Part shown: piece by piece, positions 1-8,138 of the stretch
How the letters are laid out: each line of letters starts with the position of its first letter
Numbering within the stretch: the first letter of the stretch is position 1
Notes under the pieces: model-generated
What the model saw: the letters and a program-made list of their open reading frames with translations, nothing else
What the model was told of the DNA's origin: nothing
The model's database searches: none
Position numbers and translations under genes: made by a program
Assembly (NCBI RefSeq): GCF_017876815.1
Contig: NZ_JAGIOS010000001.1
Span: 2,520,001-2,552,000, forward strand
DNA: 32,000 nt
From: Sinorhizobium meliloti
Lineage (GTDB): Bacteria; Pseudomonadota; Alphaproteobacteria; Rhizobiales; Rhizobiaceae
Reading direction: 5' to 3'

Positions 1-1021
1 TGTTCTGCATCGGACGGCGCATCGCCTCGACCGGCTTCTGTGTCGAGTGGCCGTGGCCGGAGTCGTCGCGGCTCGGGATCGTCCATAGCGTCGATTGCGA
101 GCGGTCCCCGCACCAGTTTCCCTTCTGCCTGACGGCATACCAGCACGGCTCGTGCTGCCAGTGATAATCGCCACGCGAAAGCGCGAAGCGGTCCTTGGCC
201 CAGATGATCTGCGAATGGATCTGAAAGCCGCAAGCCTCCAGCGACGCCTGCACTTCGCTGGCGTATTTCCCGGCGTGCCAGACATAGGCGACCGCGCCGG
301 GAAACAGGTCGTAAGCCTGCCGCCAGTCTGCGCGTTCGTCGTTGACGACCTCGCCCATCTTTTTCCGGTTGTTGTTGACGCCTGCCTCGGCCCGCCAGTG
401 CGGATCGTAGTCGACGCCATAGGGCGGGTCGGTCACCATCAGGTTCGGTTTCACGCCGGACAAGAGCCGCTCGACGTCCTGCGCATTGCAGGCATCGCCG
501 CAGAGGATGCGGTGCTGGCCGCACAGCCAGAGATCGCCTGCTTTTGACGTCGGGACGTCGGGCAGCGCCGGGGCCTCGTCGGGATCGGTCAGCCCCGGAT
601 TGCCGGTTAGACGGCCAAGGCGGCGAAGCTCGCTTTCCGAAAAACCGATCAACGCCGCCATATCCGGCAGCGTCTCCAGTTCGGCGGCGAGCAGCTTGAC
701 GTCCCAACCGGCATTCAGTGCCAGCTGGTTGTCGGCCAGCCGGTAAGCCTTGATCTGCTTTTGCGTCCAGCCGCGGGCAACCATCACCGGCACCAGTTCC
801 AGGCCGATCTCTTGCGCCGCCAGCGCGCGCCCATGTCCGGCGATCAGTTCGCCCGCCTCGTCGACCAAGAGCGGGATGGTAAAGCCGAACTCACGGATCG
901 ACGCGGCGATCTGCGCCACCTGCTCGGGCGAGTGCGTGCGCGCGTTGGCGCCATAGTGCTTCAGGCTTGTAAGCGGTCTGCGCTCGACCGCGTCGGCGGG
1001 CCACGGCAGGTTCATCGTCAT
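1..1021 (-). CDS. ParB-like nuclease domain fused to a beta-class N6/N4 DNA methyltransferase (C-terminus cut by window edge)
   Basis: Absent from the ORF track because it runs off the window. My own reverse-strand translation from ATG 1021 is open to position 1: MTMNLPWPADAVERRPLTSLKHYGANARTHSPEQVAQIAASIREFGF...ELIAGHGRALAA (ParB-N-like), then ...LMVTDPPYGVDY (DPPY motif)...HSTQKPVEAMRRP. ATGA overlap with the terminase small subunit stop. Confidence 0.8.
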   Translation of the reverse strand, partial: MTMNLPWPADAVERRPLTSLKHYGANARTHSPEQVAQIAASIREFGFTIPLLVDEAGELIAGHGRALAAQEIGLELVPVMVARGWTQKQIKAYRLADNQLALNAGWDVKLLAAELETLPDMAALIGFSESELRRLGRLTGNPGLTDPDEAPALPDVPTSKAGDLWLCGQHRILCGDACNAQDVERLLSGVKPNLMVTDPPYGVDYDPHWRAEAGVNNNRKKMGEVVNDERADWRQAYDLFPGAVAYVWHAGKYASEVQASLEACGFQIHSQIIWAKDRFALSRGDYHWQHEPCWYAVRQKGNWCGDRSQSTLWTIPSRDDSGHGHSTQKPVEAMRRPMQN

Positions 1022-1473
1022 TCTCCCAGAAGCAGCGTGATCGGGTCGCTGTCCCATTTTTCGGGATGCGCCAGCCGCGCCCGACCGGCAGGCGTCAGCC
1101 CGAGTTCCGAGCCGGTGGACATCATCGCCTTGACGGCGTTGTTCATCACCACCAGCAGCGGATTGCGGACCGGCCCCTGCGGCGACTGGACCAGCAGGCC
1201 GGTCTTGTCGAGCTTCTCGCGGGCCTGCCGGAACACCGACCAGTTGACCGCATAGGCTTCCAAAGCCGCTTCATCCGCCCGCGTCAGCACGCCGTCCGGC
1301 AGCGAACTAACGGTGTACAGCCACATCTCCTCAGCCAGCTCATTTAGCCCCGGAGGCATGCGCGGATGGCCGAGTCCCTGCGGCTCGTCGTAGATCCGAT
1401 GGATGCCGACATTGCTGCGGTTGCCTTCGGCCAGTTTGACTATTTTCGATTTCGGTTTTTCGCCTTTTGGCAT
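1018..1473 (-). CDS. Phage terminase small subunit, P27 family-like
   Basis: 151 aa. N-terminal basic stretch, then LNELAEEMW...LTRADEAALEAYA...NPLLVVMNNAVKAMMSTGSELGLTPAGRARL, which matches the P27-type TerS pattern. Lies directly after an HNH gene. Confidence 0.85.
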   Translation of the reverse strand: MPKGEKPKSKIVKLAEGNRSNVGIHRIYDEPQGLGHPRMPPGLNELAEEMWLYTVSSLPDGVLTRADEAALEAYAVNWSVFRQAREKLDKTGLLVQSPQGPVRNPLLVVMNNAVKAMMSTGSELGLTPAGRARLAHPEKWDSDPITLLLGE

Positions 1474-1748
1474 TTTCGCCGCCTTTGCTTTGCGTAACCA
1501 TCGAAAATATAGGCCAAAAAAACCCGTCCTGAAATTACAACGAGACTACGGGCGCGCCTCCGGCCCCCTTGGCGAGGATTTCTGGCCAGTCCCCCCCCCG
1601 GCCTGGGCCCCCGAGGGCCTGCGCTCCGAGCGGCGATGGTGAGCGGTCGAGGCCATGCCTCTCGGGCACGGCTCAAAGCAGGCACCAGAGCGCAGCGGCG
1701 ACCACCAGCGTCAGAACGGTTGCGTTGAGCCACGCCTCGATGCTCATC

Positions 1749-2147
1749 TCACCGCCTCTCGCCACGCACATAGCCGCGCTTCAACCGTGCTGCCGTCTCG
1801 GGGTCGGCGACAGGCTCACGGTTGGCAGCGGCTATCGCTTCCCGCTGGGTTGGCTGCGCCCATGGGTGGTTGGGGTCGACAGGAAAACCGTCCTCGTCGC
1901 AGGCACCCGTCAGCCGTCCCTGATCGTAAGCATGTGTCAGCCTGGAATGGTGGCGGTGACAGAGCGCCTGCAGGTTCGTCCAGTCCAGCCTGCGCTCGGG
2001 CGCTGCCCTGACCGTGACGACATGGTCGACGTGCTCTGCGGGTCTACTGCAGCCTCTGACCGAGCACAGCGGGAACACCTTCAGGAACCGACGGGCCAGT
2101 CGGTGCCATTCGTGGTCGTAAGGGATGTTGCGTGGGCGCTTGCGCAT
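1749..2147 (-). CDS. Phage HNH endonuclease
   Basis: 132 aa with CSVRGC...HVDHVV...NLQALCHRHHS (HNH/zinc-finger pattern). This is the classic HNH-next-to-terminase arrangement. Confidence 0.85.
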   Translation of the reverse strand: MRKRPRNIPYDHEWHRLARRFLKVFPLCSVRGCSRPAEHVDHVVTVRAAPERRLDWTNLQALCHRHHSRLTHAYDQGRLTGACDEDGFPVDPNHPWAQPTQREAIAAANREPVADPETAARLKRGYVRGERR

Positions 2148-2151
2148 CGCC

Positions 2152-2235
2152 TCATCCCGCCAGCAGCCACAGCGCCAGCAGCACCGCTGCGACGACGAGC
2201 ACGGTGAAGGCGAAGGTGTCGTGGTGCTCGCTCAT
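2152..2235 (-). CDS. Possible 27-aa single-pass membrane peptide
   Basis: MSEHHDTFAFTVLVVAAVLLALWLLAG. ATGA overlap with the upstream ORF stop (2232) and only 4 nt before the HNH start. Very short, so tentative. Confidence 0.3.
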   Translation of the reverse strand: MSEHHDTFAFTVLVVAAVLLALWLLAG

Positions 2236-2624
2236 AGCCTTCGCCTTACCGTATCGATGGCTTGCAGCATGGCGTCGAGCTTCTTCTCGATGAGCGAAGC
2301 CTGCCAGTCGATCTGACCGGCGAGACCTCGGCTGCCATCGTCCTTGCCGGGATCCTGGTCGAGCGCCTGGACGCCGGTCACGTGCTGGCAGAGCGCCTGC
2401 GCCTCGGTAAGCACCGCCTGCGCCTTGTCGACGACCGGCGCGAGCCGCTTGCCAAGCGGCTCGGTCTTCACCGGTTCGCCATAGCCGAACAATTTCCTCG
2501 GAGGCGGTGGCGTCGAAGGCGTGGTGGTGATCGAACTCATTCTGGCTTCCTCCTTCGGTTTGAAGTCGTTCAACGCGGCTCCAATCGCCTTTTCGGTTGC
2601 GTTGTCGAGGTCTGGGTTTGGCAT
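2232..2624 (-). CDS. Hypothetical phage protein
   Basis: 130-aa ORF with a purine-rich RBS (AGGAAAGGGAAAACACC) before the ATG. Coiled-coil-like C-terminal half; no recognisable motif. Confidence 0.55.
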   Translation of the reverse strand: MPNPDLDNATEKAIGAALNDFKPKEEARMSSITTTPSTPPPPRKLFGYGEPVKTEPLGKRLAPVVDKAQAVLTEAQALCQHVTGVQALDQDPGKDDGSRGLAGQIDWQASLIEKKLDAMLQAIDTVRRRL

Positions 2625-2710
2625 GGTGTTTTCCCTTTCCTGTTGTCATGGCGGCGTCCCGTTTGGTCGCGGGTTTTGCCCTGTCCTTCCCCTTCGTTCC
2701 CGTGTTCCCT

Positions 2711-2857
2711 TCCCGGTAGGGAAGAAGGGAACCGGGAGATACCGTTCCCGGTTCTCCCTCCCTCTCCGAAGGAGAGGGCAAAAAAGAAGAACCGGGACAT
2801 GTTTTCAGAGCGGTTTTCCCGGTTCTGCCCGGTTCCCCGGAATGAGAACCGGGACAT
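2711..2857. repeat. Array of a 9-bp motif GAACCGGGA / TCCCGGTTC, six good copies plus one partial, arranged as three inverted pairs
   Basis: Forward copies at 2729-2737, 2789-2797, 2846-2854. Reverse copies at 2746-2754, 2817-2825, 2827-2835 (8/9), plus a partial at 2711-2718. The 13-bp AGAACCGGGACAT is identical at 2788-2800 and 2845-2857. An extra 8-bp-stem hairpin CCCTCTCC-GAA-GGAGAGGG sits at 2760-2778. Confidence 0.7.
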
Positions 2858-4107
2858 CACGTTTCAGCGGTCGCCGAGGGGCGCTTGCTGTTGTCGACGA
2901 ACACTCCTTTTTTCAACCTTGACTTGCCGCCGGGGTATTCCTGCTCAAAGAGCAAACCCGACTTCTTCCAGCACTTGGCGATGCGGTCGGCGCGCTCCTC
3001 GCTGACGTCGAGCACGCGGACGATAAGGATGCCGACGTAACGGTCCCTCGATTGCGGCGCGAGCGTGTAACGCTCGTGTTCAAGACCGTCGGCGGACTGG
3101 ATCAGGTCAAGCACCCGGTCGATCTGCTCATAAGCGAGATTCTCGAACAGGCCGGGTGGCTGCCACGCGACGAGAATGCCGACCTTGTCCGAGTCGGGGT
3201 AAGCGGGCGGGCTCTCGTTTTCGAGATCGATGGACAGGAATTTGAACCAGCTCGCCTCGCCGGGATCGGGCAGATAATTGCCTTTGGCAAAATCGACGCG
3301 GACGATGCCGCGCGGGTTTTCGACGCCGAGCGAAGCTGCGGCATCCGCCGTCATGTTGGTAATAGTGTGCGCCAGCCGGACGATGCCGCCGAGCGCACCA
3401 GCGCCGCGACCGGCATCGATATCGCCGGGGGTGACGAGGCCCTTCTTGACGTGGTGCATCAGCAGGCACCCGGCGTCGAGGCGACGGATGACGCCGCGAA
3501 TGACGGCGACTGCCGCCTTGACCTGTCCGTTGTCGTTTTCCGCGCCCGACCATAGTTCGATGAAGGGATCGAGGATGAGCACGTCGACGCCATGCTGGCC
3601 GAGTTCCCATTCGAGGCGGCGAAGCTTCTCGGTGGCATGGATAACGCCTCGCTTGTCCACCTGCGCCAACAGCGGCGGATCGTCGATCTCGACGATGAAG
3701 ACGCGGTCGGACTCGTCTTTGCCGAAGCCGAAATGCTTGGCGATGGCGGCGAGCCTGCGGTCGATCTCATCATCGTCCTCCTCGACCGTCAGGATCGCGA
3801 CGCGTTTCGGGCCGTGGACGGTCTTGAACGGACCGAAGGAGATGCCCGCAGCGAGATGCAGCGCGACGCAAAGCCCGAAGATCGACTTGCCCGCGCCTCC
3901 GGCGGCGATGATCGAGGTGATCTGTTTTCTGAGGATGAGACCGCGCATGATCCATGGCCGTGGCGGGATGGTCTTGCCGTCCCGGAAACGGTAACGGCGT
4001 GCCTTCACCGGAAAGCGGACGACGTTTTCTTTGTTCGGCGGGCGGTCGCCGGGGAAATCGTCCTCACCCTTCATGGCGCGGACCCAATTCGTTGAAGCGC
4101 GCAGCAC
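2857..4107 (-). CDS. RepA-like / AAA_25-type RecA-fold replication ATPase (putative helicase)
   Basis: 416 aa. Walker A IIAAGGAGKS, Walker B-like VDVLILDPF, and the CLLMHHVKKG motif typical of RSF1010 RepA/AAA_25 proteins. An alternative start at 4074 (MKGEDD) is possible. Confidence 0.8.
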   Translation of the reverse strand: MLRASTNWVRAMKGEDDFPGDRPPNKENVVRFPVKARRYRFRDGKTIPPRPWIMRGLILRKQITSIIAAGGAGKSIFGLCVALHLAAGISFGPFKTVHGPKRVAILTVEEDDDEIDRRLAAIAKHFGFGKDESDRVFIVEIDDPPLLAQVDKRGVIHATEKLRRLEWELGQHGVDVLILDPFIELWSGAENDNGQVKAAVAVIRGVIRRLDAGCLLMHHVKKGLVTPGDIDAGRGAGALGGIVRLAHTITNMTADAAASLGVENPRGIVRVDFAKGNYLPDPGEASWFKFLSIDLENESPPAYPDSDKVGILVAWQPPGLFENLAYEQIDRVLDLIQSADGLEHERYTLAPQSRDRYVGILIVRVLDVSEERADRIAKCWKKSGLLFEQEYPGGKSRLKKGVFVDNSKRPSATAET

Positions 4108-4606
4108 GGCGCACGGCCCAGAACAGCGTGTCGCGGCGCATGCGCGGAAAGCCGATGGCCTGGACGAAGACGAGAAGCGCAGTGAGGTCGTCGCGGCAAA
4201 AAGCCCGCATCTCGAAGTCGGGCTTATCTATCCGCCAGTCGCCGGGGAGCGGTGCCTTCAGCATCATGCGGCCTGTCGACAGATCGTAGCCGACGAGGCC
4301 GGAAAGCTCCGGGCATTCGCTCATGCAGAGATAGGCGTTGTACTGGTTCGGCAATGGCAGGCCGAGTTCATCGTGTTGCATCGGCTCGCGCCAGTCGGTG
4401 TCCTTAACCGGGCGCGCGGGCTTGCGGGCTGCGGCGATCCGCTGGTAGCGGTGGTGGTTCTTGCGGTACTCGGCGCAGAAACGGTGCAGCTGATAGCGGC
4501 GGGCGAGCACCTCTGCGCGGCCTTGCCAGCGGGCCTCGAAAGCGAGCTTCGTGCGGTGAACGCGGAAAAGAAGCGCATCGATGCGCTCGCGGCGCTCGTC
4601 ATCCAT
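4064..4606 (-). CDS. Hypothetical protein, probably replication-associated (by position only)
   Basis: 180-aa ORF overlapping both neighbours in the operon. No motif recognised. Confidence 0.55.
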   Translation of the reverse strand: MDDERRERIDALLFRVHRTKLAFEARWQGRAEVLARRYQLHRFCAEYRKNHHRYQRIAAARKPARPVKDTDWREPMQHDELGLPLPNQYNAYLCMSECPELSGLVGYDLSTGRMMLKAPLPGDWRIDKPDFEMRAFCRDDLTALLVFVQAIGFPRMRRDTLFWAVRRAARFNELGPRHEG

Positions 4607-5840
4607 GCCACACCTCCCATTCGGTGATGCGGCTGGCGATCCAATCAGCGACGTTCAATGGCCATGCATTGCCGATGGCGCGATAGCGCGGGCCGTCCGG
4701 TGCGTGGCGTGCACCGCGCCACGGAATGTCGGTCCAGTCGTCGGGCAAGCCCTGCAGCCGTTCGCATTCGCGCGGCGTTAGCCGCCGGACGCCCCAGTGC
4801 GCTGCCACCGCTTGGCTGTAGCCGTCCTCGTCCAAGCTACCAGGCACGTCACCAGGCACTGGATCCTGTCGCGCGTTGAAGGACACCGCGACCTGTCCGC
4901 CGGCATTGGCGTGGCTGCCGGAAAATTCCATCGCGCGCAGCGTCGGCGAGACCTCGCCGCCGGAGCGGTGGCTTTTCGAATCGAAGGCAATCGGGATCAG
5001 CGAGTCGTGCATGTCCGCGCCCATGGTTCCGGGCGGGCGGTCGCCACCGGTCCGGTTGGCAGCACCTGAAAGCGTCGGTGCCACGACCGGGATCAACGGC
5101 TGGCCTCTGCCGGTGCCGTCTATTTCGTATTCGCCGAAGGAGACGAGGCGGTCGGCAACGACCGGATCCTGTCCGCGCGGCTCGCCGGGACGCTCGACGC
5201 CGCGGCCACTTGCGACAAGGCTTTGAGCAACATCGGCGAAAGCGCCTTGCCCCGGCGTGCGGCGCGGCGGAGAATCCCCGCGCATGCTTTCGGGCTCAAG
5301 TAGTATTTCGGCGGGACCGCGCCAGTCTCCAAGACATCCGACAACGAAGAGACGCCGTCGTCGCTGCGGCACGGCGCGGGGAAGGCGTTGTGTTCGGACA
5401 AACTGAGCGTCAAGCACCCGCCAGGCACAGCAATACCCGCATTCTTCCAGGCCCCGGAGGAAGGTCGCAAAAGACCGACCATCGTTGTGCGACAGGGCTC
5501 CGGCGACGTTTTCCCAAACCAGCCAGCGGGGGCGGTAGCGGCGAGCCACGGCAAGATAATCGAGCATGAGGACGCCGCGCGGATCGGCGAGCCCCTGTCT
5601 GAGTCCGGCGACCGAGAAGGCTTGGCAGGGCGTGCCGCCGGTAACAAGGTCGATGTCGAGGTCGGGCCAGTCGCGGTAGCCATTGACGTCTCCGAAGTTC
5701 GGCGTGTCGGGGAAGCGGTAACGCAAGAGCGTCGCGGCGAAGCGATCGATCTCTGCATGGGCGACGCAGTGCCAGCCATAGGGCTCGAAGGCGAGCTTCG
5801 CGGTGCCGATGCCGGAGAACAGGTCGAGCAGCTTAGACAC
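4599..5840 (-). CDS. DNA (cytosine-5)-methyltransferase
   Basis: Motif I DLFSGIG, motif IV GGTPCQAFS, motif VI ENV, motif VIII QRRRRLFVVG, then TPRECERLQGLPDDW, and motif X GNAWPLNV. Confidence 0.92.
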   Translation of the reverse strand: MSKLLDLFSGIGTAKLAFEPYGWHCVAHAEIDRFAATLLRYRFPDTPNFGDVNGYRDWPDLDIDLVTGGTPCQAFSVAGLRQGLADPRGVLMLDYLAVARRYRPRWLVWENVAGALSHNDGRSFATFLRGLEECGYCCAWRVLDAQFVRTQRLPRAVPQRRRRLFVVGCLGDWRGPAEILLEPESMRGDSPPRRTPGQGAFADVAQSLVASGRGVERPGEPRGQDPVVADRLVSFGEYEIDGTGRGQPLIPVVAPTLSGAANRTGGDRPPGTMGADMHDSLIPIAFDSKSHRSGGEVSPTLRAMEFSGSHANAGGQVAVSFNARQDPVPGDVPGSLDEDGYSQAVAAHWGVRRLTPRECERLQGLPDDWTDIPWRGARHAPDGPRYRAIGNAWPLNVADWIASRITEWEVWHG

Positions 5841-6609
5841 CGCACATGCCCTCGCACTCGTTGATGAACAGATTGAGCTGGCCGCGATCCTCGGCGTTGT
5901 CGAAAGTGACCTGATCGAGCGGTTGGCAGGAGCGGTGCAGATATGCCTTCTTCGACAGCGCCTTGAAGCCGGGACCGGCAGGCCGCATCAGCAGGTCGAT
6001 CTCGACCGCGTCGGCGAATTCCTGCGGGCGGTTGATCTTCATGTCGCGCCAGAGCGCGTTGTCGTGGAACGGGCAGCCGATGCAGGACGACTTCGGCGGC
6101 TCGGGATATCCGTGGCGCTCCAGCCAGCGCAAGCAGTCCCACCGGCTCATGCGAAGCTCGATCAGCGGCCAGCGGTTGGCCCACCAGCGTTCGTAAGCCG
6201 GTTTCATCCGCGACGCCTCGTCCCATGAGATGCCGATCCATTGCGTGGCGGCTGGCTCCTTCGGCGAGCGCCTGCCGACGATGCCGAGCAGTTCGCGCAC
6301 CTTCCGGCGGATAGGCACGATCTTGTATTCCTTGGTGCACTGGCGGCGGATCGAGGCGGGGATCGACGCCCAGCGGTGTCCCTTGGAACCGGCGACCAGG
6401 CCATCGCGGATGTTGCCTGCGGAGACGATGTGGACAGGGAAGGGCAGTTGCGGCATCAGCCAGTCGAGATGGCGGTAGACGGCGGCGGGCTCCCAGCCGG
6501 TGTCGGCGAAGATGGCGCAGTCGGGCATCGGCTTGATCCAGCCTTCAGCCGCCATCAGCGCCATGGTCGACGATTGCACACCCGCGCCAAGGGACAGGAT
6601 CGTCATCAT
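5833..6609 (-). CDS. PAPS-reductase-family (PP-loop ATPase-like) protein, phage type
   Basis: Start chosen at MMTILSLGAGVQSS (PP-loop-like SxGxxxS), with an ATGA overlap with the RuvC stop. WEPAAVYRHL...QCTKEYKI, and a cysteine-rich C-terminus (CIGCPFH, ECEGMCGV). The longer 322-aa track ORF has an Arg-rich, implausible N-terminus. Confidence 0.75.
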   Translation of the reverse strand: MMTILSLGAGVQSSTMALMAAEGWIKPMPDCAIFADTGWEPAAVYRHLDWLMPQLPFPVHIVSAGNIRDGLVAGSKGHRWASIPASIRRQCTKEYKIVPIRRKVRELLGIVGRRSPKEPAATQWIGISWDEASRMKPAYERWWANRWPLIELRMSRWDCLRWLERHGYPEPPKSSCIGCPFHDNALWRDMKINRPQEFADAVEIDLLMRPAGPGFKALSKKAYLHRSCQPLDQVTFDNAEDRGQLNLFINECEGMCGV

Positions 6610-7172
6610 CCGGCCAGCCCCGCGCGCATCAGTTTCAGGCTTTGCGAGCAGCGCGACGCCCAGATGGCGACGCAGGCGGCTTCGGCCTCGTTGTGGTTCT
6701 TGGCCGTGATGCCGAGCCAGCGGCAATAGTCGCGGGCGCGACGCTTGGCCTCGTCCTTTCCAAGCGAGCCGCCGCCGCGCCCATAGAGAGCGGCCCGCCA
6801 TGTCTTGACTGCGACCGTCTCGAAACCGATGCCCCGGTCGATGGCGAGCTGGCGCACATGACCCTGGATTTCCGGCAGCACCATCTGGTCGGCGTTCGGC
6901 GTCCAGTAGCCGGTGGTCTTGCCGCCAAGATCCGTCTTTACCCGCTTCTGGTAACCCGCGATCAGCCGCATCGCCGCTTCAAGGCAGATGAAATCGGGTC
7001 GGCGGGCCAAGCAGATGTCATGCAGGCGCAGGCCGAAGAAGGCGCATTTCTCTTCGGTCGTATCGCCTTGTGACGTAAACGACAGGCATTCGATCTCGCG
7101 CTCGGAACCGGGGAAGCGGTAGAGGGCCAGCCCGCATTGGGTGACGGAAGGATCGACGCCGAGGATCAGCAT
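6606..7172 (-). CDS. RuvC-like Holliday junction resolvase (phage)
   Basis: MLILGVDPSVTQCGLAL (RuvC N-terminal Asp motif), ICLEAA, and NEAEAACVAIWA near the C-terminus. Confidence 0.75.
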   Translation of the reverse strand: MLILGVDPSVTQCGLALYRFPGSEREIECLSFTSQGDTTEEKCAFFGLRLHDICLARRPDFICLEAAMRLIAGYQKRVKTDLGGKTTGYWTPNADQMVLPEIQGHVRQLAIDRGIGFETVAVKTWRAALYGRGGGSLGKDEAKRRARDYCRWLGITAKNHNEAEAACVAIWASRCSQSLKLMRAGLAG

Positions 7173-8137
7173 GGCTCGGCCTCGTTGCCCCATGCATCCC
7201 ATCCGTTGCGAGGTGAGCCACGTCGGTTGAGTTCGATCTTTGGAATGTTCGGGAAGTAGCTTTCGAGGATTTCAAGGATCCGTTCCGGCTTGGCCGAATG
7301 CTGGATCGCTGGCGAATAGACGACGGAAGGAAACTGGTCGCCCATGGCCGGTGCCGGAACATCGCCGCGAGTTCCGATCAGCAGAAGTTCATGCTGATTG
7401 CGGAACCAGTAACCGGTGCCGATCTTGTCTTTTACCCAGACAAGATTGCTCTTGTACTCGAAGCCCCACGATTCCATGACGAACAGCGCCTGCGGCAGCA
7501 TCGGCACGGTCGCCCATAATGCCAGCGTGCTATCGGCGGCGGCAATCCCGGCGATTGGCCTAGAGGCGATGATTTCTGTTGCTGATGTCGGATAGTGATT
7601 GTCGGCGGCGCGATCCATGCCGCTTTCCCGGCTATAAGGCTCAAAGCGCCATTCGGGATCGGCGAGGATCAAACCATAACGTTTTGCCGGCAGCGCTTCG
7701 ATCTTTGCGGAAAGTTCTCGCTCGCGAACAGCGCGCTTTTTCTTCTTCAGGAATTGAGTGATGGTAGCGCGTTCGCATTCTGGATTGATCGTGCCGTTCT
7801 CGACGAGCATCTGAAACGTGCCATCAGGCAGTTTTGTCATTTCATAGAGCGTGCCCCACGACGGCGGTAAAAGCGACACATGTGTCGAATTTACTAATCG
7901 TTGGTCGCATGCGATTGCCATTAACCGTTCGGTTGTTCTGGGACTGAACGGCAGTTGCTCAACCACTGCCAGCCATTCGCCGTGCCGCAATTCTGCCTTG
8001 GCGGCGATCAGCAACCGTCCGGTCTCGAAAATGCCATGGATCGTCGATTGCCACGCCTCGGTGACACTAGTCACCCATCGCGAGACAGTTTCATACAGGA
8101 TCAATTCGCTGTCATGATTGGATGCGACCCGCCTCAT
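7166..8137 (-). CDS. MT-A70-family N6-adenine DNA methyltransferase with a DUF3102-like N-terminal domain
   Basis: YGLILADPEWRFE (DPPW-type catalytic motif) and WGFEYKSNLVWVKD...GYWFRNQHELLLIG. The N-terminus has LRHGEWLAVVEQLPFSPRTTERLMAIA. Start placed at 8137, directly after the upstream stop at 8139. Confidence 0.85.
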   Translation of the reverse strand: MRRVASNHDSELILYETVSRWVTSVTEAWQSTIHGIFETGRLLIAAKAELRHGEWLAVVEQLPFSPRTTERLMAIACDQRLVNSTHVSLLPPSWGTLYEMTKLPDGTFQMLVENGTINPECERATITQFLKKKKRAVRERELSAKIEALPAKRYGLILADPEWRFEPYSRESGMDRAADNHYPTSATEIIASRPIAGIAAADSTLALWATVPMLPQALFVMESWGFEYKSNLVWVKDKIGTGYWFRNQHELLLIGTRGDVPAPAMGDQFPSVVYSPAIQHSAKPERILEILESYFPNIPKIELNRRGSPRNGWDAWGNEAEPC

Positions 8138-8138
8138 C

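Noticed and set aside
95-1255. Plus-strand ORFs 95-547, 486-746, 750-956 and 761-1255
   Set aside because: They lie antisense to the ParB-methylase gene, whose translation carries clear DPPY and ParB motifs. Their Arg/Ala/Pro/Ser-rich composition is typical of high-GC shadow frames.
2760-2785. The hairpin CCCTCTCC-GAA-GGAGAGGG next to an A6 run, considered as an intrinsic terminator
   Set aside because: The U-tract would precede the stem on the minus strand rather than follow it, and on the plus strand the stem is followed by A's. It is therefore not a canonical terminator in either direction.
2152-3005. ORFs 2152-2781, 2262-3005, 2521-2922 and 2570-2860 spanning the repeat array
   Set aside because: They run through the GAACCGGGA repeats (giving reiterated MSRF/SRF peptides) and low-complexity Arg/Gly/Pro sequence. 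They also overlap better-supported genes.
5120-6340. A 406-aa minus-strand ORF. Similar long shadows occur at 12374-13024, 12958-13734, 25124-26047 and 25308-26177.
   Set aside because: Each overlaps a motif-supported gene (C5-MTase/PAPS-reductase-like, phage ORFs, istA). Their composition is that of alternative or antisense frames of high-GC coding DNA.
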